In this document: in pieces, positions 1 to 10,366 of the stretch
Position numbering within the stretch: position 1 is the first letter of the stretch
Layout: each line of letters begins with the position of its first letter
Notes under the pieces: generated by a model
Databases searched by the model: none
Told to the model about the DNA's origin: nothing
Seen by the model: only the letters and a program-made list of their open reading frames with translations
Translations under genes and position numbers: made by a program
Sequence record: DRR723986_3509
DNA length: 41,703 nucleotides
Strand: one strand, 5' to 3'

Positions 1-1
1 C

Positions 2-1378
2 CGGGTGAGTGGTCATGTTCAGACGCTCGATCTCCGCGGACTTCAGCTCGATATAGCCGTCGATCATGTCATCGGTGAATACGCCACCGGCTGTCAGGAA
101 GGCGCGATCCGCATCCAGGGCTGCCAGTGCCATGTCCAGGCTGGACGCGACAGTCGGTATAGCCTTGCCTTCTTCCGGCGGCAGGTCGTACAGATCCTTG
201 TCCGCGGCGTCGCCAGGGTGCAACTTATTCTGGATACCATCGATACCTGCCATCAGCATAGCCGCGAAGGACAGGTAGGGGTTGGCGGTGGGATCCGGGA
301 AGCGCACCTCGACCCGCTTGCCCTTGGGGCTGGGCTCGTAGGGAATGCGGATCGACGCAGAGCGGTTACGGGCCGAGTAGGCCAGCATAACCGGTGCTTC
401 AAAACCCGGAACAAGGCGCTTGTAGGAGTTGGTAGACGCGTTGGTGAAGGCGTTCAGGGCACGCGCGTGCTTGATGATGCCGCCGATGTAGTACAGCGCC
501 GTTTCCGACAAGCCGGCGTAACCGTCACCCGCGAAGATGTTGTCACCGTCCTTGGAGATCGACTGGTGAACGTGCATGCCGGAACCGTTGTCTCCGACCA
601 GGGGCTTGGGCATGAAAGTAGCCGTCTTGCCATAAGCGTGCGCAACGTTGTGTACGCAGTACTTCAGGATCTGCACCTCGTCGGCCTTCTTGATCAGGGT
701 GTTGAACTTGACCCCGATTTCACACTGGCCGGCAGTGCCCACCTCGTGGTGGTGTACCTCGATAGGCAGCCCCATCTGTTCCATGGCGGAACACATGGCG
801 GCGCGGATGTCGTGCAGCGAATCAACTGGCGGTACCGGAAAGTAGCCTCCCTTAACGCCCGGGCGGTGACCGATGTTGCCGTCTTCGAAAGTATGGCTGG
901 ATGCCCAGGCCGCTTCTTCGGAGTTGATGGTATAGCCCGCACCGCCGATGTCGGCATGCCACTTGACGTCGTCGAAGACGAAGAATTCGGGCTCGGGGCC
1001 GAAGTAGGCCGTGTCGCCGATGCCGGTGGAGGCGAGGTATTCCTCGGCGCGACGGGCTACGGAACGCGGATCGCGCTCGTAACCTTGCATAGTCATCGGT
1101 TCGACGATATCGCAGCGCAGGATGAGCGTGCTGTCATCGGTGAAGGGGTCCAGAACCGAGGTGCTGTCATCCGGCATCAGGATCATGTCGGACTCGTTGA
1201 TGCCTTTCCAGCCGGCAATCGAGGAGCCGTCGAACATCTTGCCGCCTTCGAAAAAGTCGTCATCGATCTCGCTGGAGGGGATGGTGACGTGCTGCTCCTT
1301 GCCCCGGGTGTCGGTGAAGCGCAGGTCTACCCAGCGGACATCGTTCTCTTTGATCAGGTTCAGAGTTTGCTCTGACAT
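2..1378 (-). CDS. glnA: Glutamine synthetase type I (3' end runs off the window edge)
   Basis: Not in the ORF track because no stop lies in the window. Reading the minus strand from ATG at 1378 gives [34 protein letters not shown], the typical GSI N-terminus. The frame reaches RLNMTTHP at the window edge. A GGAGGAG RBS lies within 1381-1390. Confidence 0.97.
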   Translation of the reverse strand, partial: MSEQTLNLIKENDVRWVDLRFTDTRGKEQHVTIPSSEIDDDFFEGGKMFDGSSIAGWKGINESDMILMPDDSTSVLDPFTDDSTLILRCDIVEPMTMQGYERDPRSVARRAEEYLASTGIGDTAYFGPEPEFFVFDDVKWHADIGGAGYTINSEEAAWASSHTFEDGNIGHRPGVKGGYFPVPPVDSLHDIRAAMCSAMEQMGLPIEVHHHEVGTAGQCEIGVKFNTLIKKADEVQILKYCVHNVAHAYGKTATFMPKPLVGDNGSGMHVHQSISKDGDNIFAGDGYAGLSETALYYIGGIIKHARALNAFTNASTNSYKRLVPGFEAPVMLAYSARNRSASIRIPYEPSPKGKRVEVRFPDPTANPYLSFAAMLMAGIDGIQNKLHPGDAADKDLYDLPPEEGKAIPTVASSLDMALAALDADRAFLTAGGVFTDDMIDGYIELKSAEIERLNMTTHP

Positions 1379-1498
1379 TGTTTCTCCTCCAGTAAGGATG
1401 TTGGCGGACAGCCCAGGCGGCCCGCGATGTAAATCCGGCATTTTCAGCCGAGGTCTAAACCCCCGGCTGGGCCAGGTTTGTTCAGCAGACTCCTATTG

Positions 1499-1515
1499 AG
1501 CAAAAGCTGTGCCAA
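1499..1515 (-). promoter_or_regulatory. Sigma54 (-24/-12) promoter of glnA
   Basis: Minus strand reads TTGGCAC-AGCTT-TTGCT, matching TGGCAC-N5-TTGCW, about 120 nt upstream of the glnA start. Confidence 0.92.
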
Positions 1516-1525
1516 AAGAGTGCCT

Positions 1526-1556
1526 TAACTAAGCCGTTGTATTTGTTGAATAAATT
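1526..1556. promoter_or_regulatory. Possible IHF site / AT-rich bend between the sigma54 promoter and the NtrC enhancer
   Basis: AT-rich tract. The minus strand has CAA-CGGC-TTA, the core of WATCAA-N4-TTR with a mismatched 5' part, at the position expected for sigma54 promoters. Confidence 0.35.
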
Positions 1557-1585
1557 CGCGGAACGTAATGGGTCCTTCAAATTGA

Positions 1586-1623
1586 CGCACCAATATAGAG
1601 CATACTCGCACCAAAATGAATCA
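1586..1623. promoter_or_regulatory. Tandem NtrC-like enhancer boxes
   Basis: CGCACCAATATAGAGCA (1586-1602) and CGCACCAAAATGAATCA (1607-1623) resemble TGCACCA-N3-TGGTGCA. They lie roughly 105-130 bp upstream of the predicted sigma54 transcription start. Confidence 0.75.
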
Positions 1624-1765
1624 TTGCGGTGCTGTGCTCTGCAAGTCGCGGGCCCCGGTCTACTCGGGCGGGGGAGCCGGCAGGCCGCCTGAGACTGGTG
1701 AAAACGCGCTATTCAGGTATAATCCGGCGCCTTTTGTCAGCGCCCCCTCAGGGCGGAGAATCGCC

Positions 1766-3586
1766 TTGATCAAGCAGTTACGCAATATAGCCATTATCGC
1801 CCACGTCGACCACGGCAAAACCACCCTGGTGGATTGCCTGTTGCAGCAGTCGGGTACCCTGGATCGCCGCACCGAGGGGGCGGAACGCATCATGGACTCC
1901 AATGACCAGGAGCGCGAGCGCGGCATTACCATCCTGGCCAAGAATACGGCAATCCGCTGGGGCGACTACCGAATCAATATCGTCGACACCCCGGGGCATG
2001 CGGATTTTGGCGGCGAGGTGGAGCGGGTGTTGTCGATGGTCGACTCGGTCCTGTTGCTGGTAGATGCAGTGGACGGCCCGATGCCGCAGACCCGGTTTGT
2101 TACCAGCAAGGCGTTTGAGCGTGGCCTGAACCCAATCGTGGTGGTCAACAAGATTGATCGACCCGGTGCCCGGCCGGACTGGGTAGTCGACCAGGTGTTC
2201 GATCTCTTCGATCGCCTCGGGGCTACCGATGAGCAGTTGGACTTCCCGATTGTCTACACCTCCGCCCTGCAGGGTATCGCGGGCCTTGACCACGAGGACA
2301 TGGCCGCCGACATGGGACCCTTGTTCGAGGCCATCGTCGAGCACGTGCCGCCACCGGAAGTTAACGCCGACGGGCCGCTGCAAATGCAGATCAGCGCCCT
2401 GGACTACAACAGCTATGTCGGGGTCATCGGTGTCGGCCGGATTACGCGCGGCACCCTCGCGCCCTCTACCCCGGTCACGGTTGTCGATCTGGACGGTGTT
2501 ACCCGCAACGGGCGCGTGCTGCAGGTCATGGGTTACCACGGGCTGGAGCGGGTGGACGTCGACCAGGCCGAAGCGGGCGATATCGTGTGTATCACCGGGA
2601 TCGAAAGCCTGAACATTTCCGATACCGTGTGCACGCCGGGTAGTGTCGAGGCCCTGCCTCCACTGACTGTGGACGAGCCCACTGTGAGCATGACCTTCCA
2701 GGTGAACGATTCACCCTTCGCCGGCAAGGAAGGCAAGTATGTCACCTCACGCAATATCAAGGAGCGCCTGGAACGGGAGCTGATCCACAATGTCGCCCTG
2801 CGGGTCGAGCCCGGCGACAGCCCGGACAAGTTCAAGGTGTCCGGACGCGGCGAGCTGCACCTGTCAGTGCTCATCGAGAGCATGCGGCGTGAAGGCTATG
2901 AGCTAGGGGTTTCGCGGCCGGAGGTTATCCAGCGCGAGGTCGACGGCGAATTGCATGAACCCTACGAACAGCTGGTTATTGATTGTGAAGATGCCCACCA
3001 GGGCGCGGTCATGGAAGAACTGGGCCAGCGCCGCGCCGAGCTGGAGAATATGGTTCCGGATGGCAAGGGCCGGGTGCGGCTGGAGTTTATCGTACCGGCG
3101 CGCGGCCTGATCGGCTTCCGCTCCCTGTTCCTGACCCTGACCTCGGGCAGCGGCATCATGACTCACGTGTTCGACCATTACGGTCCGGTGAAGAAAGCCG
3201 AAATCATCCACCGGACTAACGGGGTGCTGGTGTCGATGGTGAAAGGCAAAACCCTGGCTTATGCCCTGTATACCCTGCAGGACCGTGGACGGCTGTTCAT
3301 TGAGCCCAATGTCGAGGTCTACGAAGGCCAGATTATCGGCCTGCACAGCCGGGGTAATGACCTGACTGTGAATCCCACCAAGGCCAAACAGCTGACCAAT
3401 ATCCGCGCGGCGGGAACTGACGAGGCGCTGATCCTCACCCCGCCAGTGCGCCATAGCCTGGAGCAGGCGCTGGAGTTCATCGAGGAAGACGAACTGGTCG
3501 AGGTCACGCCGGACAGTATCCGCCTGCGCAAGAAATTGCTGCAGGAACACGAGCGCCGTCGCGCCTCGCGCTCCTCGGCTGCGTGA
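1766..3586 (+). CDS. typA: Translational GTPase TypA/BipA
   Basis: Motifs [36 protein letters not shown] and C-terminal [13 protein letters not shown]. Start placed at the in-frame TTG 1766 after a GGAGA RBS (606 aa). The ORF-track start at 1616 overlaps the NtrC boxes. Confidence 0.96.
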   Translation: MIKQLRNIAIIAHVDHGKTTLVDCLLQQSGTLDRRTEGAERIMDSNDQERERGITILAKNTAIRWGDYRINIVDTPGHADFGGEVERVLSMVDSVLLLVDAVDGPMPQTRFVTSKAFERGLNPIVVVNKIDRPGARPDWVVDQVFDLFDRLGATDEQLDFPIVYTSALQGIAGLDHEDMAADMGPLFEAIVEHVPPPEVNADGPLQMQISALDYNSYVGVIGVGRITRGTLAPSTPVTVVDLDGVTRNGRVLQVMGYHGLERVDVDQAEAGDIVCITGIESLNISDTVCTPGSVEALPPLTVDEPTVSMTFQVNDSPFAGKEGKYVTSRNIKERLERELIHNVALRVEPGDSPDKFKVSGRGELHLSVLIESMRREGYELGVSRPEVIQREVDGELHEPYEQLVIDCEDAHQGAVMEELGQRRAELENMVPDGKGRVRLEFIVPARGLIGFRSLFLTLTSGSGIMTHVFDHYGPVKKAEIIHRTNGVLVSMVKGKTLAYALYTLQDRGRLFIEPNVEVYEGQIIGLHSRGNDLTVNPTKAKQLTNIRAAGTDEALILTPPVRHSLEQALEFIEEDELVEVTPDSIRLRKKLLQEHERRRASRSSAA

Positions 3587-4023
3587 AGGCACTGCTCCAG
3601 CGGGTATCCCGCGCAAGCGTTGAGGTGGCCGGGGAAGAGGTCGCCGCAATCGATCGCGGGCTGCTGGTGTTTCTCGGCCTGGACAGGGGTGATGATCTTG
3701 CCCTGGCCAGGCGTATGGTCGAGAAGTTGCTCGCCTACCGGGTTTTTCCCGATGCCGACGGGCGCATGAACTGCAGTGTGTCGGACATCGATGGTGGCGT
3801 GCTGCTGGTGTCCCAGTTCACGCTCGCTGCCGATACCGCCAAGGGTTTGCGACCTGGCTTCTCCAGCGCGCTGGCGCCGGGCGATGCCGAGCCACTGTAC
3901 GATGATTTCCTTGAACTATTGCAGGCAGCCTGGCCGCGGGTAGCGGCGGGGCGGTTTGGCGCGGATATGCAGGTCAGCCTGGTCAATGATGGCCCAGTGA
4001 CTTTCCTGCTGGAGTTGGGCTGA
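3583..4023 (+). CDS. dtd: D-aminoacyl-tRNA deacylase
   Basis: Motifs [13 protein letters not shown] and FGADMQVSLVNDGPVT. GTGA overlap with the typA stop. Confidence 0.95.
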   Translation: MKALLQRVSRASVEVAGEEVAAIDRGLLVFLGLDRGDDLALARRMVEKLLAYRVFPDADGRMNCSVSDIDGGVLLVSQFTLAADTAKGLRPGFSSALAPGDAEPLYDDFLELLQAAWPRVAAGRFGADMQVSLVNDGPVTFLLELG

Positions 4024-4028
4024 CCCCT

Positions 4029-4490
4029 TCAGGCCGCGGCAGCCAGTAACATCTCTATGTGCGGAATTCCGTCTTCTATGTAGGTCTCGCCCTCGGCGAC
4101 GAAGCCGAGGCTGGCATAGAAATTCGCCAGGTGGGCCTGGGCCCCGATCCTGATCGCCTTACCCGGCCATTGCTGCCGGTTGAAGTCGATGCCACGCTGG
4201 ACCAGCTCGCGACCCAGTTGCCCGCCCCGCGCCATCGGCGCGACGATGATTCGGCCGAGCGAACTTTCCGGGTAGCTGCTGTCGGGCGGCAGGCAACGCT
4301 GGTAGGCGATCAGTTCACCATCATGCTGACACAGCATGTGGAAGGCGAGAGGGTCCAGCCCGTCCAGGTCGCGATAAACACAATTTTGTTCGACGACAAA
4401 AACCTCCTGCCGCAGTTGCATGATCCGGTACAGTTGCCCGGTATCGAGTAAGGGCCAGGCCAGGGTCAGCCATTCGCGCTCGCATGCCAT
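4029..4490 (-). CDS. elaA: ElaA-like GNAT acetyltransferase
   Basis: Motifs LYRIMQLRQEVFVVEQNCVYRDLDGLD, AQAHLANFYASLGF and YIEDGIPHIEM. Start at ATG 4490, 8 nt after GGAGGA. Confidence 0.85.
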   Translation of the reverse strand: MACEREWLTLAWPLLDTGQLYRIMQLRQEVFVVEQNCVYRDLDGLDPLAFHMLCQHDGELIAYQRCLPPDSSYPESSLGRIIVAPMARGGQLGRELVQRGIDFNRQQWPGKAIRIGAQAHLANFYASLGFVAEGETYIEDGIPHIEMLLAAAA

Positions 4491-4665
4491 GCAAAACATC
4501 CTCCAGGGTTGCTTACAGGCGGGGAAAAGCCGGGTTTGGCGTTCTCCCTCCTGCGTTTAGTTGCTACTATATCGCGAAAGCACAGCCCGCCGGGGGAAGG
4601 GTCGCGCAGTCCCGCGCGCCCGGGACCAGTTTGAGACCTGGCGGCTGTCGATAAGGGGATAAACC

Positions 4666-5478
4666 ATGTTGGTGGGCGCAGAACTCACTCCGGATTTCAA
4701 CCTCCTGAATCACCAGTTCAAGGAACTGGTCACGGCGCTGGTCGACGCGGTTAACCTGCCACCGGTGCGAGTAGAGGTCGAGAACACCCCCGCGGGAAAT
4801 TTCCGCGGATTCGACGGCGGCAAGTTCTATGTAGTCGACAGCGGCTCAATATCGGCCCGCTACCATGGCCGCACGGTCTATCTGCTCGATGAAGGTGACA
4901 TCCTGCTGCCGGATGTTGCCGGCAGGAGCAACCCGGAACTGTCAGTGCTCTACGGCAGCGAGGCCGGTGCCAGCCTCAACAGTTATCCGGCACTGGAGTT
5001 TATGCAGCGCGTGTTCGGCAACCCTGCCGCAACCAAGTTGTGGACCCGCTTGCTGATCACCTACTCGGGAATGATGCTGCGCCTGGCTGCGGCCCGCAGC
5101 GATGATGACGTGGTCGCAACCCCGGGCTTCGAACTCTACGAACCCGGCGACATAATTATCCGCCAGGGCGAGCGCGCGGACTACGTGTTCAACCTGACCT
5201 CCGGTGCGGCTGACGTGCTGGTAGACGACGTTGCTGTCGGGCGGATCGGTGAGGGTGAGATCTTCGGTGCCATGGCCGCGCTGACCCATGCGGACCGCAG
5301 TGCCACGGTCAGGGCGAGGACAGCCTGCTCCGTGGTCAAGGTGCCGAAGGAGCAGTTCACCGACCTGATCAAGACCAACCCGGCCACGATCCACAGCCTG
5401 CTGATCGACATGGCCAATTCCATTGTCAATCTCAACGAGCAACTGGTTGGACTGCACATGGCCAATGACAAAAAGTGA
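4666..5478 (+). CDS. Cyclic nucleotide-binding domain protein (tandem cNMP-like folds, no HTH evident)
   Basis: C-terminal domain YEPGDIIIRQGERADYVFNLTSG...GEIFGAMAALTHADRSATVRA. Degenerate N-terminal copy FYVVDSGSI...LLDEGDIL. AAGGGG RBS and an upstream TGn-TACTAT -10-like element within 4561-4570. Confidence 0.82.
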   Translation: MLVGAELTPDFNLLNHQFKELVTALVDAVNLPPVRVEVENTPAGNFRGFDGGKFYVVDSGSISARYHGRTVYLLDEGDILLPDVAGRSNPELSVLYGSEAGASLNSYPALEFMQRVFGNPAATKLWTRLLITYSGMMLRLAAARSDDDVVATPGFELYEPGDIIIRQGERADYVFNLTSGAADVLVDDVAVGRIGEGEIFGAMAALTHADRSATVRARTACSVVKVPKEQFTDLIKTNPATIHSLLIDMANSIVNLNEQLVGLHMANDKK

Positions 5479-5527
5479 GATCGCCCCGCTCTGCCCCGGC
5501 CCGCACCCCGGCTTCTGGAAACTGTAA

Positions 5528-7780
5528 ATGTCAGAAATAATCGATATCGATAGCGACGGCATCGAGCGCGTGTCGCTGAAAAGCTATGCCGAGAAAGCCT
5601 ACCTGGATTATTCCATGTACGTCATTCTCGACCGAGCCCTGCCGCATATTGGCGACGGCCTGAAACCGGTGCAGCGGCGTATCGTTTACGCGATGAGCGA
5701 GCTGGGCCTGAAAGCCTCGGCAAAGTTCAAGAAATCCGCGCGCACCGTGGGCGATGTGATCGGTAAGTTCCACCCACACGGTGACAGCGCCGCCTACGAG
5801 GCGATGGTCCTGATGGCCCAGAACTTCAGCTACCGCTATCCGCTGATCGACGGTCAGGGTAACTGGGGCTCCCCCGACGATCCCAAGTCATTTGCCGCCA
5901 TGCGCTACACCGAATCCCGGCTGACTGCCTATGCCGACGTGTTGCTGGCCGAACTCGGTCAGGGCACCGTGGACTGGGCCCCAAACTTTGATGGCACCCT
6001 GGACGAGCCCTCGGTGCTACCGGCGCAGGTACCGAATGTGCTGCTCAACGGCACCACCGGTATTGCTGTCGGTATGGCCACCGATGTGCCGCCGCACAAC
6101 CTGCGGGAAGTGGTGACCGCGGCCATCCGTATGCTTGACTCGCCGAAGTCGACGGTAGCGGAGCTGTGCGAGCACGTCCAGGGTCCGGACTTTCCCACCG
6201 AGGCGGAAATCATCACCCCGCGGGAGGAAATCGTCGCCCTGTACGAGAGCGGGCGCGGCGGGCTGCGCATGCGCGCGGTGTGGGAGAAGGAGGCGGGCGA
6301 TATCGTGGTTCGCGCGCTGCCCTACCAGGTATCCGGCTCACGGGTGCTGGAGCAGATAGCGGCGCAGATGCAGGCCCGGAAGCTGCCGATGGTCGCCGAC
6401 CTGCGCGATGAATCGGATCACGAAAACCCCACGCGCCTGGTGATCGTCCCGCGCTCCAACCGGATCGACCTCGAAGCCCTGATGAGTCACCTGTTCGCGA
6501 CCACCGACCTGGAGCGCAGCTATCGAGTCAACCTGAACATGATCGGCATCGATGGCCGCCCGGCGGTCAAGTCGCTGGACCGGATCCTGTCCGAGTGGCT
6601 CAGGTTCCGCACCGAGACGGTACGGCGGCGCCTCGAGTACCGGCTGGACCGGGTTGAGCGGCGGCTGCATATCCTTGAGGGTTACCTGGTTGCCTACCTC
6701 AATATCGATGAGGTCATTCACATTATCCGCACCGAGGACAAACCCAAGCCGGCGCTGATGAAGCGCTTCGGGATTACCGACGTGCAGGCCGAGGCGATCC
6801 TCGAGCTGAAACTGCGCAACCTGGCCAAGCTCGAGGAAATGAAAATCCGCGGGGAACAGGATGAGCTTGAGCAGGAGCGCGACCAGCTGCAGAAACTGCT
6901 GGGCAGCGCGGCGCGCCTGAAAACGCTGATCAAGAAAGAACTCACCGCCGTTGCCGAACAATTCGGCGACGCGCGGCGCTCGCCGCTGGTGCAGCGCGAT
7001 GAGGCCCGGGCCTTCAGTGAACTGGAGCTGATGACTGCCGACCCGATCACTGTGGTGATGTCCGACAAGGGCTGGATCCGTGCCGCAAAGGGCCATGACA
7101 TCGATCCCGGTACCCTCAGCTACAAGTCGGGCGATGGTTTTCGGATGGCAGTGCGCGGGCGCTCCAACCAACCGGTGGTCATTCTCGATTCGACCGGACG
7201 CGCCTACGCGGTCCCGTCACATAACCTGCCTTCCGCCCGGGGGCAGGGCGAACCGGTCACCGGTCGGATCAACCCGCCCTCAGGGGCGACCTTCGAGGGC
7301 CTGATGATGGGCGCGGAGGAACAGCTCTACCTGCTGGCCAGCGATGCCGGCTACGGTTTCGTGGCGAAGCTTGGGGATCTGCAAAGCAAAAACCGCTCTG
7401 GCAAGGCCGCACTTACCTTGCCCAAGGGCGGCCAGGTGCTGCAGCCAGCAGCCATTACCGTTACCGATGATGCCTGGGTTGTCGCGGTGTCCAGCGAGGG
7501 CAGGATGCTGGTCTTCCCGCTGGCAGAGCTACCACAGCTGGCGCGCGGCAAGGGTAACAAGATCATCGGTATTCCGGGGGCCCGGGTTCAGAGCCGGGAG
7601 GAGTTCGTAATCGGCGTGAAGGTGGTCACACCAAAGGACACCCTGGTCGTGTATGCCGGCAAGCGGCACCTCAACCTGAAGTTCGCCGAACTCGAGCACT
7701 ATCAGGGTGAGCGCGGGCGCAGGGGCAACAAGCTGCCCCGAGGCTTCCAGAAAGTCGACCGGATGGAACTGGCGGATTAA
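5528..7780 (+). CDS. parC: DNA topoisomerase IV subunit A
   Basis: Motifs [35 protein letters not shown] and catalytic AAMRYTE. At 750 aa it has ParC length rather than GyrA length. Confidence 0.96.
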   Translation: MSEIIDIDSDGIERVSLKSYAEKAYLDYSMYVILDRALPHIGDGLKPVQRRIVYAMSELGLKASAKFKKSARTVGDVIGKFHPHGDSAAYEAMVLMAQNFSYRYPLIDGQGNWGSPDDPKSFAAMRYTESRLTAYADVLLAELGQGTVDWAPNFDGTLDEPSVLPAQVPNVLLNGTTGIAVGMATDVPPHNLREVVTAAIRMLDSPKSTVAELCEHVQGPDFPTEAEIITPREEIVALYESGRGGLRMRAVWEKEAGDIVVRALPYQVSGSRVLEQIAAQMQARKLPMVADLRDESDHENPTRLVIVPRSNRIDLEALMSHLFATTDLERSYRVNLNMIGIDGRPAVKSLDRILSEWLRFRTETVRRRLEYRLDRVERRLHILEGYLVAYLNIDEVIHIIRTEDKPKPALMKRFGITDVQAEAILELKLRNLAKLEEMKIRGEQDELEQERDQLQKLLGSAARLKTLIKKELTAVAEQFGDARRSPLVQRDEARAFSELELMTADPITVVMSDKGWIRAAKGHDIDPGTLSYKSGDGFRMAVRGRSNQPVVILDSTGRAYAVPSHNLPSARGQGEPVTGRINPPSGATFEGLMMGAEEQLYLLASDAGYGFVAKLGDLQSKNRSGKAALTLPKGGQVLQPAAITVTDDAWVVAVSSEGRMLVFPLAELPQLARGKGNKIIGIPGARVQSREEFVIGVKVVTPKDTLVVYAGKRHLNLKFAELEHYQGERGRRGNKLPRGFQKVDRMELAD

Positions 7781-9018
7781 GCGGGCTCGGCGAGGCGGCG
7801 CATGATAAGTCGCAGCTGTCGTTCCAGCAGGTCCTGGTACGGCCCCTCGAAAGCGCTGAGCAGCGCGTAGCCGTCCGCTTCCGGTGCCTGGAAATCGAGG
7901 CGCCCGCTGATATCGACGTCGGCGCACAGGGCGGGAGCCAGGGCAATCCCCGTTGGCGTAGCCCGGCACACCGTCTGTAGCTCATCGAGCGTCGACTGCA
8001 TGTACAGGCCCGGGTAGATATCGGTCCCGTCTCCAGCGCCCAGTTCGCTCTGGCCGATCGCCATATGGACCTCCAGGGACAGGCTCATCTGCCGCTCCAG
8101 CTCGCGGGTCACCGCCTGGGCCAGCCAGGCACAGGACGCGGCGCGAAAACCCGGGCTGCCCGCGGGGCTCTCGCCCTCGAAATACACGGCAAGGCCGAAC
8201 TGCCTAACCACCTGCAGGTCACCGTTGTAGAAGCCAGCGGCGGCGAATACCACCTGGTGCAGCCGGTCCGTGTAGCGATGCAGGCTCTGCTCGTCGAGGG
8301 TGTCGACATAGCGGGCGAGACTGGTCAGCTGCAGGTAGAGGACCGCGGTGGTGCGGTAGTTCTCATCCCGCGGCCCCGCGGTGCCCCGGGCACGCAGTAA
8401 ATCCATGGGCAGGGCGTCCACCCGCCGCTCGAGTTGTACCAATTCGTTGCCCTGGCTATCGTCCGAGGATTCATCGAGCTGCAGGCGTCGGCCCATCTTC
8501 TGCAGTCGGCGGGCAATACGCTGGCTCAGCTGGTGGCTGAGTCCGTACACCGCCAGGCTCAACAGGATGGCCAGGCCCAGCAGGCTGAACAGGAATCGCA
8601 GGCGGGCCATCTGTGCGGTGTCGTTACTCAGGGTGATGACCACCTCACCGGCCACGTCCTCCCCGATTCGCACCGGCGCGCGGTATTGCCGGAGACGCTG
8701 GCCGCTGACCCTGCCGGCCTGGCCGAGGGCCTGGCCTTCCACATCGTAGATGGCGACTTCCTCGGCGGAGGAGGTCTCGACGAAGCGCTGCAGCGAGGCA
8801 GCCACGTTGAGCAGATCACCGGTTTCCAGGGCGGTACTGATACGGCGGGCAATCTGCGAGGCCAGGGCATTGCCGTACTCCGCCTGCTGGGCTTCCTGCA
8901 TATGCCGGCTGGAGATTGCGGCGAGAATAACCAGGGCGAGGCTTACCAGCAGGCAGAAAGCGGATGCTACGAGGGCCAGTTGCTGGCCAAGGCTGTATTG
9001 TTGCAGGCGTTGCTTCAC
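7777..9018 (-). CDS. YtjB/AhpA-like inner-membrane protein with a C-terminal degenerate class III nucleotidyl-cyclase-like domain
   Basis: Two hydrophobic helices flank a roughly 110-aa periplasmic domain, followed by a HAMP-like linker and [11 protein letters not shown]...[17 protein letters not shown]. It is divergent from serB, as ytjB is. Likely start is GTG 9018. Confidence 0.65.
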   Translation of the reverse strand: MKQRLQQYSLGQQLALVASAFCLLVSLALVILAAISSRHMQEAQQAEYGNALASQIARRISTALETGDLLNVAASLQRFVETSSAEEVAIYDVEGQALGQAGRVSGQRLRQYRAPVRIGEDVAGEVVITLSNDTAQMARLRFLFSLLGLAILLSLAVYGLSHQLSQRIARRLQKMGRRLQLDESSDDSQGNELVQLERRVDALPMDLLRARGTAGPRDENYRTTAVLYLQLTSLARYVDTLDEQSLHRYTDRLHQVVFAAAGFYNGDLQVVRQFGLAVYFEGESPAGSPGFRAASCAWLAQAVTRELERQMSLSLEVHMAIGQSELGAGDGTDIYPGLYMQSTLDELQTVCRATPTGIALAPALCADVDISGRLDFQAPEADGYALLSAFEGPYQDLLERQLRLIMRRLAEPA

Positions 9019-9148
9019 GCGGTGCGGCTTCCCTGTTGGAGCAGGGCAGTATAAACCACCCGCCGCCCGGAGACAGTGCCGGGTCGCTTTCCCCGCCCGC
9101 AAGCCAGCAGGTAGAATACCGCGCTTGCATCACCGGGAGCGCATCGCC

Positions 9149-10366
9149 TTGAGCGATATTGAACTGATAACCCTTGCCGGGCCAGACCAGGGTGGCCTGA
9201 CCGCAGGCATCACCGGCATTCTGGCGGAGCACGAGGTGAATGTGCTGGATATCGGCCAGGCGGTGATTCACGCGACGCTGTCCATCGGGGTGCTCGTTGA
9301 AGTACCCAATGCGGCGCAGCGCGACCAGATGCGCGGTGCGCTGCAGAACTTTGCCGAGCAGCGGAACCTCAGCGCCCGCTTTGTCGGGGTGTCGTCCGCC
9401 AGTTACGCCGCCTGGGTCGACGCCCAGGGGCGCGCCCGCTACATCATCACCCTGCTGGCGCGCAAGATCACAGCCGACCAGCTCTCCAAGGTGACCGCCG
9501 TGGTCCATCACTGCGGGCTCAACATCGATGGCATCAATCGCCTGTCGGGGCGGATTCCGCTGGGCGAGCTGCCGCCGGACAGCAAGGCCTGCGTGGAATT
9601 TTCGGTGCGCGGTGACCTGCCGGACCCGGATGCCTTCCGCCGTCAATTGCTCGAGGTGGCCGCGGAGCTTGATGTCGATCTCGCCCTGCAGCAGGACAAC
9701 ATGTACCGCCGCAACCGGCGCCTGGTTGCCTTCGATATGGATTCGACCCTGATCGAGGCCGAGGTGATCGATGAGCTCGCCCTGCTGGCGGGGGTGGGAG
9801 AGCAGGTCAAGACAATTACCGAGCGGGCCATGCGCGGCGAACTGGATTTCGCCGGCAGCTTCCGCGAGCGGGTTGCCCTGCTCAAGGGTCTGCCGGAAAG
9901 CGCCCTGTCCGAGGTGGCCGCCGGACTGCGCATCACCGAGGGAGCGGAGCACCTGATCGCCACCCTGCACGCGCTGGGCTACAAGACGGCGATCCTGTCT
10001 GGCGGTTTTACCTACTTTGCCGAACATCTGCGGGCCAAGCTGGGTATCGATTACGTTTATGCCAATGAGCTGGATATCGTTGACGGCCAGGTGTCCGGCC
10101 GGGTGGTTGGTGAGATCGTCGATGGCGCGCGCAAGGCAGAACTGCTGAAGCAGCTGGCCCGGCGCGAGGGGATCGATCTGCAGCAGGTGATTGCCGTGGG
10201 AGATGGTGCCAACGATCTGCCCATGCTCAGCGCCGCCGGCCTTGGGGTGGCTTTTCGCGCCAAGCCGCTGGTCAAGCAGCGGGCCGAACAGTCGATCTCA
10301 ACCCTGGGGCTGGATGCAATTCTCTACCTGCTGGGAATTTCCGATCGCTACCAGAAGCCGGGCTAG
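9149..10366 (+). CDS. serB: Phosphoserine phosphatase with N-terminal ACT domains
   Basis: HAD motifs FDMDSTLI, LSGGF and VGDGANDLPML, plus ACT domain GPDQGGLTAGI. Start TTG 9149 after a GGGAG RBS (405 aa). TAGAAT -10-like element at 9112-9117. Confidence 0.95.
   Translation: MSDIELITLAGPDQGGLTAGITGILAEHEVNVLDIGQAVIHATLSIGVLVEVPNAAQRDQMRGALQNFAEQRNLSARFVGVSSASYAAWVDAQGRARYIITLLARKITADQLSKVTAVVHHCGLNIDGINRLSGRIPLGELPPDSKACVEFSVRGDLPDPDAFRRQLLEVAAELDVDLALQQDNMYRRNRRLVAFDMDSTLIEAEVIDELALLAGVGEQVKTITERAMRGELDFAGSFRERVALLKGLPESALSEVAAGLRITEGAEHLIATLHALGYKTAILSGGFTYFAEHLRAKLGIDYVYANELDIVDGQVSGRVVGEIVDGARKAELLKQLARREGIDLQQVIAVGDGANDLPMLSAAGLGVAFRAKPLVKQRAEQSISTLGLDAILYLLGISDRYQKPG

Noticed and set aside
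5..1375. 456-aa plus-strand ORF
   Set aside because: Antisense shadow of glnA with no recognisable motifs, which is typical of GC-rich codon bias.
1379..1490. Hairpin in the glnA leader as a possible glutamine riboswitch
   Set aside because: Only a single GC-rich stem (CAGCCG/CGGCTG). I could not match the glnA-motif consensus, and sigma54/NtrC control already explains the region.
1616..1765. 50-aa N-terminal extension of TypA
   Set aside because: Overlaps the NtrC boxes and a TATAAT promoter-like element. TypA homology begins at TTG 1766.
8750..9148. 133-aa N-terminal extension of SerB, and the 8816-10027 minus-strand ORF
   Set aside because: The extension overlaps the divergent gene and promoter region. 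The minus ORF is an antisense shadow.
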